Virus record (IMG/VR): IMGVR_UViG_3300022661_000031 | DNA length: 39,322 bases | Strand: one strand, 5' to 3' | Source: a virus | Part shown: positions 23,634 to 32,780 of the stretch, piece by piece | Layout of the letters: every line of letters begins with the position of its first letter | How positions within the stretch are numbered: position 1 is the stretch's first letter | Translations under genes and position numbers: made by a program | The notes under the pieces: generated by a model | What the model was told of the DNA's origin: nothing | Seen by the model: the letters and a program-made list of their open reading frames with translations, nothing else | The model's database searches: none

Positions 23634-25607
23634 ATGCACCGAGTTATGGGCGTGGATATAGAAACCTATAGCTCCGTGGATCTGACCGAGGCGGGCGTCT
23701 ACGCCTACGTGGAGGCGCCTGACTTCGACATCCTGCTCATCTCGTACATCTTCGACGACTGGGGCGAGGACGACGTCAAGACCATCGACTGCTTCGATGC
23801 TGATCCTGACATGATGGCCGAGTTCTGCGAGGCCCTCCTCGATCCCCAGATCGTCAAGACCGCCTTCAACGCGAACTTCGAGCGCACCTGTCTGGCCAAG
23901 TGGCTCCAGAAGCCCATGCCGCCAGAGGAGTGGCGCTGCACAATGGTCAAGGCGCTGACGCTGGGCCTGCCGGGCAATCTGGCAGGCGCCGGCGAGGCGC
24001 TGGGCCTTCCTCCCGAGAAGCTAAAGGACCCCCAGGGCAAGGCCCTGATCCAGTTCTTCTCGAAGCCGTGCAAGCCGACCCGGACCAACGGCCAGAGGAC
24101 GCGCAACCTCCCGCAGCATGACCCGGCCAAGTGGCAGCTCTACAAGGGCTACAACCGGCAGGACGTCGTGACCGAGCAGGAGATCCTACGGAAGCTATCC
24201 ATCTACAAGACACCGGAGTCAGAGCAGGAGCTCTGGGCTCTGGACCAACACATGAACGACAACGGCGTGGCGCTCGACATCCCCATGGTCGAGAAGATCG
24301 TCGAGTATGACACCCGGCGCCGGCAGGAGCTCCAGGAGGAAGCCCAGGAGCTCACCGGACTGAAAAACCCGAACAGCCTGGCCCAGCTGAAGCGCTGGCT
24401 CGCAGAGCAGGGCGTGGAGATGACCAGCGTCACCAAGGACACCATCGCCGAGGCGCTGCGAGATCCGGAGCTCCCAGACGTCGTCCGGAGAGTGCTGGAG
24501 ATCCGCACCGCCCTGGGCAAGACCAGCGTGGCCAAGTACAGCACGATGCTGGTGGCACACTGCCAGGATCACCGGCTGCGAGGCATCCTTCAGTTCTACG
24601 GCGCCAACCGATCCGGGCGCTGGGCCGGCCGCCTGGTGCAGACGCACAACCTGGCCAAGAACACGCTGCCGGATCTGGCTCTGGCCCGCGAGCTGGCGGC
24701 CGAGGGAGACTTCGAGACCATGGGCACCCTGTTCGGCGAGACGGCCTTCGTCTTCTCCGAGCTGATCCGGACGGCCTTCATCCCATCCGAGGGCTGCCGC
24801 TTCATCGTCTCCGACTTCTCCGCCATCGAGGCGCGAGTCCTGGCATGGCTCGCCGGCGAGGAGTGGGTCCTGGAAGCCTTCCGCAACGGCAAGGACATCT
24901 ACTGCGAGACCGCCTCCATGATGTACCACGTGCCCGTGGAAAAGCACGGAGCCAACAGCCACCTCCGCCAGAAGGGCAAGGTCGCCGTGCTGGCCTGCGG
25001 CTACCAGGGCGGCGTCGGTGCCATGAAGCGCATGGACAAGGGCGGCAGCATACCGGAGGACGAGCTCCAGAGCGTCGTGGACCAGTGGCGGCAGGCTAAC
25101 TCCAACTCCGTGAAGCTCTGGAGGACCTGCGAGCTGGCAGCGCGGACAGCCATCGAGGAGCACCGCACCGTCCGGCTGAAGAACGGCCTGGCCTTCGGCT
25201 ACATCAACGGCAACCTGTTCATCAAGCTGCCGGGCGGCCGGAAGCTCTGCTACTGGAACACCCGGCTGAAGCTCGACCCCCGCGACGGCCGCGAGCACAT
25301 TGTCTACATGGGCGTCAACCAGGAGACGAAACAGTGGGGCGAGACCGAGACCTACGGCGGCAAGCTGGTCGAGAACATCGTCCAGGCCACCGCCAGAGAC
25401 TGCCTGGCCATCTCTATGCAGAGGGTCGCAGCTCTGGGCTACAACATCGTCATGCACGTCCATGACGAGATCATCGTGGACTGTCCCATCGAGGACACCG
25501 GCGCCATGGAGAGGATCAACGCCTGCATGGCTGAGCCTATCCCCTGGGCGCCTGGTCTGCCTCTGAAGGGCGACGGCTACGAGACACCATTCTACATGAA
25601 AGACTAA
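23634..25607 (+). CDS. Family A DNA polymerase with a 3'-5' exonuclease domain
   Basis: ATG at 23634 after ggagga. Contains GVDIETYS (Exo I motif), RQKGKVAVLACGYQGG and VHDEIIVDC (motif C). Confidence 0.9.
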   Translation: MHRVMGVDIETYSSVDLTEAGVYAYVEAPDFDILLISYIFDDWGEDDVKTIDCFDADPDMMAEFCEALLDPQIVKTAFNANFERTCLAKWLQKPMPPEEWRCTMVKALTLGLPGNLAGAGEALGLPPEKLKDPQGKALIQFFSKPCKPTRTNGQRTRNLPQHDPAKWQLYKGYNRQDVVTEQEILRKLSIYKTPESEQELWALDQHMNDNGVALDIPMVEKIVEYDTRRRQELQEEAQELTGLKNPNSLAQLKRWLAEQGVEMTSVTKDTIAEALRDPELPDVVRRVLEIRTALGKTSVAKYSTMLVAHCQDHRLRGILQFYGANRSGRWAGRLVQTHNLAKNTLPDLALARELAAEGDFETMGTLFGETAFVFSELIRTAFIPSEGCRFIVSDFSAIEARVLAWLAGEEWVLEAFRNGKDIYCETASMMYHVPVEKHGANSHLRQKGKVAVLACGYQGGVGAMKRMDKGGSIPEDELQSVVDQWRQANSNSVKLWRTCELAARTAIEEHRTVRLKNGLAFGYINGNLFIKLPGGRKLCYWNTRLKLDPRDGREHIVYMGVNQETKQWGETETYGGKLVENIVQATARDCLAISMQRVAALGYNIVMHVHDEIIVDCPIEDTGAMERINACMAEPIPWAPGLPLKGDGYETPFYMKD

Positions 25608-25620
25608 GGAGGACACACAA

Positions 25621-26178
25621 ATGAAAATCACCCGCACCATGACCATCGACACCAACGAGATCCAGATCGGCGACCGCATCGAGGTCGGCCATTATACCGC
25701 CACCTGCCAGAAGCTGGTCGGCGAGGGCCTGGCCCTGTTCCTGCTGGATCAGTACCTCGACAAGCCCATGCAGATGAACAGAAAGAACACCAACGCCGGC
25801 GGCTACGACGGCAGCGATCTCCGCAAGGACCTGAACACCGGCAAGATCCTCGACGAGTTCGCGCCCCTGGAGCTGGTGCCCTTCGAGAACGGCGACCTGC
25901 TCCGCCTGCCCTTCTATGGCGAGATGTTCGGGCACGACGACTGGTACAACTCCGGCGCCGTGGAGCCTGACAACTGCGAGCAGTGGCCTCTGATGAAGGA
26001 ACGCGCCAACCGCATCGCCGAACGCAAGGGCGAGAGCTACGAGTGGGGATGGCTCCAGAACAAGTACGTCCGGTCCGCGACGAATTTCTGCATTGTCCAC
26101 CTCGACGGCTATGCCCGCTACTGGGCCGCCTCGAACTCCATCGGCGTCCGCCCGGCTTTCCTGATCAAATTATCATAA
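25621..26178 (+). CDS. DGR target protein 2: stand-alone putative ligand-binding domain with a C-terminal variable region
   Basis: 185 aa. The C-terminus WGWLQNKYVRSATNFCIVHLDGYARYWAASNSIGVRPAFLIKLS is encoded by VR2. Confidence 0.85.
   Translation: MKITRTMTIDTNEIQIGDRIEVGHYTATCQKLVGEGLALFLLDQYLDKPMQMNRKNTNAGGYDGSDLRKDLNTGKILDEFAPLELVPFENGDLLRLPFYGEMFGHDDWYNSGAVEPDNCEQWPLMKERANRIAERKGESYEWGWLQNKYVRSATNFCIVHLDGYARYWAASNSIGVRPAFLIKLS
26067..26160 (+). repeat. DGR variable region VR2
   Basis: 94 bp, aligns without gaps to TR. 13 mismatches, all at TR adenines. Confidence 0.9.
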
Positions 26179-26182
26179 ATCC

Positions 26183-26201
26183 CGGGGGCCTCGTGCCCCC
26201 G
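26183..26201 (+). promoter_or_regulatory. GC hairpin downstream of VR2
   Basis: Stem cgggggc / gcccccg with loop ctcgt, at nearly the same offset from the VR as the VR1 hairpin (23 vs 21 nt). Confidence 0.6.
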
Positions 26202-26234
26202 CTATAGACTATCTACAAAGCAAGGAGGACAACG

Positions 26235-26723
26235 ATGGAGCCTATCACTATATGCTGGGAGACCGGCTACATGACCATCAACCCGGACGCCTTTTTCCCA
26301 ACAAGTGCAGCCAGGATCCGGAAGCTCCTCCGGGTGGTCGCCCTGGACTTTGAGCATCAGGACGACATCCGGATGCAGCTGGCCGGGGCCTGCGAGAGCC
26401 GCGCCCAGGAGATCCTGGACGGCCGCAAGAGCCTCGCCAACGAGGCAGTAAACCACCACCAAAAAGCGGCGGACCTGGAGCCGCAGATCGAGACGGCCAA
26501 GCGCCGGATCACTACCCTCCGGGCCTGCATCAAAGAGCAGCCGAAGAAGGCCCGACAGCTGGGCTACCCTGAACGGCTGCACGAGGAGCGGGAGCAGCTG
26601 AAGAAGCTGACCGCCGAGCGCTCCGGAGCCCTCTCAGCCTTCCGGAAGAAAAAGCGCGAGTTCGAGGCCGCTGAGGCCACGGCTGAGAAATTAAGACAGA
26701 ACGCGGAGGTGCTGAGACCATGA
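26235..26723 (+). CDS. Hypothetical coiled-coil protein
   Basis: 162 aa with RBS aaggagga. Confidence 0.6.
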   Translation: MEPITICWETGYMTINPDAFFPTSAARIRKLLRVVALDFEHQDDIRMQLAGACESRAQEILDGRKSLANEAVNHHQKAADLEPQIETAKRRITTLRACIKEQPKKARQLGYPERLHEEREQLKKLTAERSGALSAFRKKKREFEAAEATAEKLRQNAEVLRP

Positions 26724-29155
26724 CCAACACAGCGGAAAAACTCACCCTGCCCCTGTTCATGGTCAAGCACAACGGCGACCTCCTGATCTCGACCGGCCGC
26801 AGCCGCTTCGAGACCTCCTGGAAAAATAAGACCATGAGCTGGGCGGCTCTCCTGAATAAGCTCTCCCGCTCCATGGAGACCACGGAGACCCACGCCGAGT
26901 ACATGAAGATGAGCAAGGAGCAGCAGGACAAGATCAAGGACATCGGCGGCTTCGTCGGCGGTCATCTGAGGGATGGCCGCCGCAAGACCGGCTACGTCAC
27001 GGCCCGCCAGCTGCTCACCCTCGACCTGGACTTCCCTCCGGCCGAGTTCTGGGACAACATCATCGACAACCTGGAGATCGACAACGCCCTGGCGGTCTAC
27101 TCCACACATAAGCACACCAAGGCGAAGCCCCGCTACCGTCTGATCATGCCCCTCGACAGAGAGGTCACGCCGGACGAGTACGAGGCCATCGCCCGCAAGA
27201 TCGCCGAGAAGATCGGCATCGACTACTTCGACGACTCCACCTTCCAGCCGACCCGTCTGATGTACTGGCCGAGCCATAGCGTGGACGTCGAGCCCTTCTT
27301 CCAATACTACGACGCCCCCTTCCTGGCGGCCGACTCCATCCTGGCCGAGTACCCGGACTGGACCGACACCAGCTACTGGCCGGAGTCGTCCCGCATGGTG
27401 GGCATCAGAAAAAGAGACGCCGACCGGCAGGGCGATCCTCGTGAGAAAAAGCACATCGTCGGTATTTTCTGCCGCACCTACAGCATCACCGAGGCCATCG
27501 CCAAGTTCCTACCGGACGTCTACACCCAGACGGCCAAAGAGGACCGATACACCTACGCAGCCGGCTCAACTGCTGCCGGCCTCGTGGTCTATGACGGCGA
27601 CGTCTTCGCCTATTCCAACCATAGCACCGACCCGGCCGGCGGCCAGCTCTCCAACGCCTTCGACCTGGTCCGCATCCACAAGTTCGGACATCTGGACGAG
27701 GGCAAGGAAGGCAAGAGCGGCAAAGACCTCCCGAGCTTCAAGGCCATGGCCGACATGGCCAGAGACGACGAGGGCTGCAAACGAACAGCCGCGAGCGAAC
27801 AAGCGGCGAACGCTCGCCAAGAGTTCGCTCAGCTGGAGGAGTCCCCGGAGGACTGGGCCCTTCTGCTGGAGCGCAACGCCAAGATGGAGGTCTGCCCGAC
27901 CCTCGTCAATGCCGTGCTGATCGTGCAGCATGATGAAGGCCTCCAGAACATCGCCTACAACGATCTGAAGCAGGCCATCGAAAAGACCGGGCCGCTGCCA
28001 TGGCGAAATGACGGCGGCACCTGGAGAGACGCCGACGACGCGCAGCTCCTGGCGTACATGAACAGAGTCTACCAGTCCCGCTTCACCAACTCGGCCGTCG
28101 TCACGGCACTGACCAAGGTGGCCGACGACCGGCACTTCAATCCCCTGCGGGAATACATCCAGGCGCTGCCGGAGTGGGACGGCGTGGCCAGAGTGGACAC
28201 GCTGCTGATCGACTACCTGGGCGCCGAGGACACCGCCTACACCCGAGCCGTGACCCGCAAGACTCTGGTCGGAGCTGTCCAGCGCGTGCTGCAGCCCGGG
28301 TGCAAGTTCGACACCATGCTCGTGCTCGACGGCCCTCCGGGCATCGGCAAGAGCACCCTGCTCCGGAAGCTGGGCGGCGAATGGTTTGACGACTCCCTCA
28401 GCCTGGCCGACACCAGGGACAAGACCGCAGCCGAAAAGCTCCAGGGCAAGTGGATCATGGAGATCGGCGAGATGCAGGGCACCCGCAAGGCCGACATCGA
28501 CATCGTCAAGGGCTTCCTCAGCCGTCAGGACGACGCCTACCGTGCAGCATACGGCCGCGTGGTGCAGAGCCACCCGAGGACCTGCATCATCTGCGGCACT
28601 ACTAACAGCACCGACGGCTTCCTGAGAGATACTACCGGCAACCGGCGCTTCTGGCCCGTGCCCGTGAAGAAGGGCCGCCTCAGCGTCTGGGAGATGACCG
28701 AGGAAACCCGCGCCCAGATCTGGGCCGAGGCCATGATCTTCGTGGCTGAGGGCGAGACGACCTACCTGGACTACGAGCTGGAGCGCGAGGCAGCGAGGAT
28801 GCAGCTGAACGCCCTGGAGTTCGACGAGCGCGAGGGCGAGGTGGCCGAGTATCTGGACACCCTGCTGCCGGCGGACTGGTACAACTGGGATCTGAGTCAG
28901 CGCGTGGACTACTTCCAGCAGCGTGACGTCCTGAGCCCTACCATCGAGGGCACGATGCAGCGCACGCGAGTCAGCACCAAGGAGATCTACTGCGAGTGCC
29001 TGGGACTTCCGTGGGCCCGTTTTACGCGGCAGGATGGCGACCGGATCAAGACCATGCTGCTGAGGATCGGCGGCTGGAAAAGCGGCAGCAAGCTGGAAAA
29101 GGTGCCAGGCTATGGCCCGCAGCGTTGTTACCACCGGAGCACGGGTAACGATTAA
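26720..29155 (+). CDS. Primase-polymerase / VirE (VapE)-family P-loop helicase fusion
   Basis: 811 aa. Walker A motif LDGPPGIGKST, with an N-terminal prim-pol-like region (LTLDLDF...YRLIMPL). Confidence 0.8.
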   Translation: MTNTAEKLTLPLFMVKHNGDLLISTGRSRFETSWKNKTMSWAALLNKLSRSMETTETHAEYMKMSKEQQDKIKDIGGFVGGHLRDGRRKTGYVTARQLLTLDLDFPPAEFWDNIIDNLEIDNALAVYSTHKHTKAKPRYRLIMPLDREVTPDEYEAIARKIAEKIGIDYFDDSTFQPTRLMYWPSHSVDVEPFFQYYDAPFLAADSILAEYPDWTDTSYWPESSRMVGIRKRDADRQGDPREKKHIVGIFCRTYSITEAIAKFLPDVYTQTAKEDRYTYAAGSTAAGLVVYDGDVFAYSNHSTDPAGGQLSNAFDLVRIHKFGHLDEGKEGKSGKDLPSFKAMADMARDDEGCKRTAASEQAANARQEFAQLEESPEDWALLLERNAKMEVCPTLVNAVLIVQHDEGLQNIAYNDLKQAIEKTGPLPWRNDGGTWRDADDAQLLAYMNRVYQSRFTNSAVVTALTKVADDRHFNPLREYIQALPEWDGVARVDTLLIDYLGAEDTAYTRAVTRKTLVGAVQRVLQPGCKFDTMLVLDGPPGIGKSTLLRKLGGEWFDDSLSLADTRDKTAAEKLQGKWIMEIGEMQGTRKADIDIVKGFLSRQDDAYRAAYGRVVQSHPRTCIICGTTNSTDGFLRDTTGNRRFWPVPVKKGRLSVWEMTEETRAQIWAEAMIFVAEGETTYLDYELEREAARMQLNALEFDEREGEVAEYLDTLLPADWYNWDLSQRVDYFQQRDVLSPTIEGTMQRTRVSTKEIYCECLGLPWARFTRQDGDRIKTMLLRIGGWKSGSKLEKVPGYGPQRCYHRSTGND

Positions 29156-29362
29156 GTTGTTACCCGTGCACGGTTGGAGGCTCACAAGGTAACAACCGCT
29201 TGTTATCAAGTTGTTGTTACCACCAAAAACCTCGATATTTTCGGCAAGGTAACAAGGTAACAAAGAAAACCCTAATATTTTAATTATTTGAATATAGACA
29301 ACGAAAACCGCGCCCGAGAGCGCCCGCACAGACATATACGCGCGAGAGTGAATAGTTGTTAC
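29124..29362. repeat. Iteron cluster (GTTGTTAC / GTAACAAC) with an AT-rich core: putative replication origin
   Basis: Copies at 29124, 29156, 29189, 29213, 29249, 29257 and 29355, plus degenerate copies at 29145 and 29199. AT-rich stretch at 29268-29300. Confidence 0.55.
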
Positions 29363-29375
29363 GGAGGATCCAAAG

Positions 29376-29660
29376 ATGGAAAAACGAGAACGAGACATAG
29401 AGAGCGGCCTTCGGAGGTCGGTCGAGAGAATGGGCGGCAAGTTTATGAAGTTCACAAGCCCCGGGAACGACGGCGTGCCCGACCGGATCGCCGTCCTACC
29501 GGGTGGCCGGGTATGGTTTGTAGAGCTGAAGCGCGAGGGTGAGAAGCCCACGGCCATCCAGAAGTGGCAGATAGAGCAGCTGCGGAAGCTGGGCTGCAAC
29601 GTGGCAGTGATCGCAGGCATGAAGGAGGCGCGAGCCTGGATCTGGGAGGTGATCGGATAA
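29376..29660 (+). CDS. VRR-NUC domain nuclease
   Basis: 94 aa containing GVPDRIAVLPGGRVWFVELKREGEKPTAIQ. Confidence 0.8.
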   Translation: MEKRERDIESGLRRSVERMGGKFMKFTSPGNDGVPDRIAVLPGGRVWFVELKREGEKPTAIQKWQIEQLRKLGCNVAVIAGMKEARAWIWEVIG

Positions 29661-30115
29661 TGCCGGTATATGGAAATTGCGACCACTGCGGCGCCCCCAT
29701 AAGTATGCCGCCGAGCCACTGGGCCAGATCCCAGGAGCACTTCTGCAGTCGCCAGTGTCACATGGCAAAGATGAACGCAGAACTCAACCCGACCCGGATG
29801 ACCAAAGAGGTCCGGCAGAAGCTGGCACTGAGCCGTCTGAACACCGGCCAGACCGACAGCTACCGGAAAACCAACGGCAGGCACACGCACCGGATCGTGG
29901 CCGAGCAGATCCTGGGCCGTCCGCTGCTCCCTGGTGAAGTCGTCCACCACATCAACGGCGACAAGAGAGACAACAGACCCGAAAACCTTCGCGTGTTCAG
30001 CAGCCAAGCCGAGCACGCCAAATGGCACAAAGAAAACGACAAGGAGGTGGTGCCCGATGAAGTTCATCCCACACGAATATCAGCAGAAGGCGATAGACAG
30101 GATCGTCAACAATAA
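29660..30115 (+). CDS. HNH endonuclease
   Basis: ATG at 29660 overlaps the upstream TAA. N-terminal Cys/His cluster and VHHINGDKRDNRPENL...EHAKWH. Confidence 0.85.
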   Translation: MPVYGNCDHCGAPISMPPSHWARSQEHFCSRQCHMAKMNAELNPTRMTKEVRQKLALSRLNTGQTDSYRKTNGRHTHRIVAEQILGRPLLPGEVVHHINGDKRDNRPENLRVFSSQAEHAKWHKENDKEVVPDEVHPTRISAEGDRQDRQQ

Positions 30116-31407
30116 GCGCTTCGGCCTGTTCCTGGAGATGGGCCTCGGTTAGCAAGACCGTCATCACTCTGACAGCCATCGACGTCCTGATCAATGAGCT
30201 TTTCGAGGTGGACCGCGTCCTGGTCATCGCGCCGAAGCGAGTGGCCGAGGACACATGGACCAGAGAGCACGCCAAATGGGACCACCTCCGCCACCTTCGT
30301 GTCAGCAAGGTGCTGGGATCACCGGAGCAGCGGCGCCGGGCCCTGGCCGTGGACGCCGACATCTACGTCATCGGCCGGGACAACGTAGTCTGGCTGGTGG
30401 AACAGTGTCGGCAGGGCTGGCCCTTCGACATGGTCGTAATTGACGAGCTCTCCAGTTTCAAGAACCCGCAGGCCAAGCGCTTCCGGGCGCTGAAGAAGGT
30501 CATCCCGAAGGCCTCCAGAGTCGTCGGTCTGACCGGCACACCTTCAGCCAACGGCCTCATGGATCTCTGGGCTGAGATCTACCTGCTGGACCGTGGCGAG
30601 CGACTGGGCCACACCCTGGGCGCCTACCGCGAGAAATACTTCAGACCGGGAGCCCGGAACGGCTACGTCGTGTTCAAGTGGGAGCCCCTTCGAGGATCCC
30701 GGGAAAAGATCGAGGCGGCCATCAGCGACATCTGCATCAGCATGAGCGCCGACGACTACCTGACACTGCCGAAGCGGATCGACAACCTGATCCCGGTCAA
30801 GCTGAGCCCCCAGGAGATGAAGCAGTACAAGACCATGGAGGCCGAGCAGCTGCTTCACATTGACGACGAGGACGTGGTCGCTCTGAACGCAGCCGCCGTC
30901 ATGACCAAGCTCCTCCAGATCGCCAACGGCAGCGTCTACTCCCACGAGGGCAACGTCGTCCGGCTGCATGACGCCAAACTGGAGGCGCTGCTGGAGATCA
31001 TCGACACCACCGACAGCCCTGTCCTGATCTTCTACAGCTACAAGCACGACCTGGCTGCCATCAAGGCAGCGATCCCCGGAGCCCGGACGCTGGACGGCCC
31101 GGAGGACATCGCAGAGTGGAACGCCGGCAGGGTCCAGGTGCTCCTGGCTCACCCGGCCAGCGTGGGCTACGGACTCAACCTTCAGGAAGGCGGCCATGTG
31201 ATCGTGTGGTACGGCCTCACCTGGAGCCTGGAGCTCTACCAGCAGGCCAACGCCCGCCTCTACCGGCAGGGCCAGGACAAGCCGGTCATCATCCACCACC
31301 TGATCGCTGAGGGCACTGTGGACGAGCAGGTCATGAGAGCCCTCCAGGAGAAAGACATGAGCCAGGCGGCTCTGATGGCTGCACTGAAGGAAAGGAGAAC
31401 ACAATGA
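30057..31407 (+). pseudogene. SNF2-family helicase with its reading frame interrupted inside Walker A (GLG-TAG-frameshift-KT)
   Basis: MKFIPHEYQQKAIDRIVNNKRFGLFLEMGLG, then TAG at 30150. KTVITLTAIDVLINELFEVDRVLVIAPKR continues in the +1 frame into the 30208..31407 ORF, which carries DELSSFKN, SNF2 C-terminal motifs and QANARLYRQGQ. Confidence 0.7.
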
Positions 31408-31655
31408 AGAACACACTGACAGATCTCAACAACCACCTCTTTGAACAGCTGGAGCGTCTGAACGATGACGATCTGGACGAGGCCCAGCTGGAGAAGGAGC
31501 TGAGGCGTGCCGAGGGCATGACCAAAGTCGCCACCCAGATCATCCAGAACGCGGAGCTGGCCTACAAGACCATGGTGCACATGGCCGAGTACGGCTACGA
31601 CCGCAAGGACGCCCGGGAGGTGCTGCCGCCGATGCTGGAGGTGAAAAATGGCTAA
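31404..31655 (+). CDS. Hypothetical protein
   Basis: 83 aa with RBS aaaggaga. Confidence 0.6.
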   Translation: MKNTLTDLNNHLFEQLERLNDDDLDEAQLEKELRRAEGMTKVATQIIQNAELAYKTMVHMAEYGYDRKDAREVLPPMLEVKNG

Positions 31656-32454
31656 CAGATACCCGCCAGAGGTGCATCAGTTCATCGCGGCCAACGTCGA
31701 GGGCCGCACCTGCAAGGAGCTCGCAGAGCTGACCAATCGGGAAATGGGCACCGCCTTCACCGAGACCATGATGCACAGCTACAAACACAATCACGGACTG
31801 AAGTCCGGGACGAAATGCGGCAAGCCGAAGGGCTGGAGCCCGGTCTATCCTGAAGGGATGGAGGACTTCATCCGCAGCGTGGCAGAGGGCCGCACGGTCT
31901 ACCAGATCGCCGAACTGGTGAACGAGCGCTACGGTGCCGGCACCATTGACGCGGTCAAGGTCCGAGCCTTTAAGAAAAACCACGGCATCGTCTCCAACTT
32001 GAACACCCGCTTCAAAAAGGGATCCACACCCTGGACAAAGGGCAAGAAGCAGACCGACTACATGAGCCCGGAGGCTATCGAGCGCACCAAGGCCACCCGC
32101 TTCCAGCCTGGTCACACTCCGGCCAACCTGCTGCCAGTCGGCTCCATCGTGAAGACTACCGACGGCTATCTTCTCCGGAAGAAGCAGATGGACGGCAGCC
32201 AGTGGGATCGCTGGGAGTTCCTGCATCGAGTGATCTGGGAGGAGCACAACGGCCCCATCCCGGAGGGCATGATGGTCAGCTTCAAAAACGGCGACAAGGA
32301 GGATCTGGACATCGACAACCTGATGTTGATCAGCAACGCCGAAAACCTGGAGCTGCATCGCTCACAGCTTCGATTTACTGAGAGAGAACTCACTGAGACC
32401 GGACTGACCCTGGTCAAGTTGAAAATAAAGACCCGAGAAAGGAGAAGAAAATGA
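31648..32454 (+). CDS. HNH-type (HNH_3-like) endonuclease with a duplicated N-terminal HTH-like module
   Basis: FLHRVIWEEHNGPIPEGMMVSFKNGDKEDLDIDNLMLISNAEN. Two N-terminal repeats share the pattern YP.(E)...FI...(E)GRT...(I)AEL.N...G. Confidence 0.65.
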   Translation: MANRYPPEVHQFIAANVEGRTCKELAELTNREMGTAFTETMMHSYKHNHGLKSGTKCGKPKGWSPVYPEGMEDFIRSVAEGRTVYQIAELVNERYGAGTIDAVKVRAFKKNHGIVSNLNTRFKKGSTPWTKGKKQTDYMSPEAIERTKATRFQPGHTPANLLPVGSIVKTTDGYLLRKKQMDGSQWDRWEFLHRVIWEEHNGPIPEGMMVSFKNGDKEDLDIDNLMLISNAENLELHRSQLRFTERELTETGLTLVKLKIKTRERRRK

Positions 32455-32780
32455 TCGGATATTTAAGCGGCCCCATCACGGGCCACAAGAACTACCGGCG
32501 CCAGTTCGCTGAGGCTGCCGTCGCACTGAAGGAGCTGGGCTACGTCGTCATTAACCCCGCCGAGCTCGACCACGCCCTCCCCGTGGAGGAGATGGGCTAC
32601 GAGGGCATCATGCAGGTCGATCTGGCTCTCCTGTCTGCTGCTGACTACCTGGTGCAGCTTCCCGGATGGGAGAACTCCAGAGGCGCCAACCGCGAGCTGG
32701 GCTTCGCCCTGGGCGCTGACAAGATCGTCGTCACCCTGGAAGATCTTCTGGCGAAGGAGGTGACGCTGCCATGGAATTAA
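32451..32780 (+). CDS. DUF4406 / nucleoside 2-deoxyribosyltransferase-like protein
   Basis: MIGYLSGPITG...VINPAEL...GWENSRGANRE. Confidence 0.55.
   Translation: MIGYLSGPITGHKNYRRQFAEAAVALKELGYVVINPAELDHALPVEEMGYEGIMQVDLALLSAADYLVQLPGWENSRGANRELGFALGADKIVVTLEDLLAKEVTLPWN

Noticed and set aside
30150-30152. TAG reassignment (amber recoding) as the explanation for the in-frame TAG in the helicase
   Set aside because: Reading through TAG in frame gives nonsense (QQDRHHSD...), whereas helicase homology resumes in the +1 frame. TAG also serves as a plausible genuine stop for the methyltransferase gene (33931-33933).
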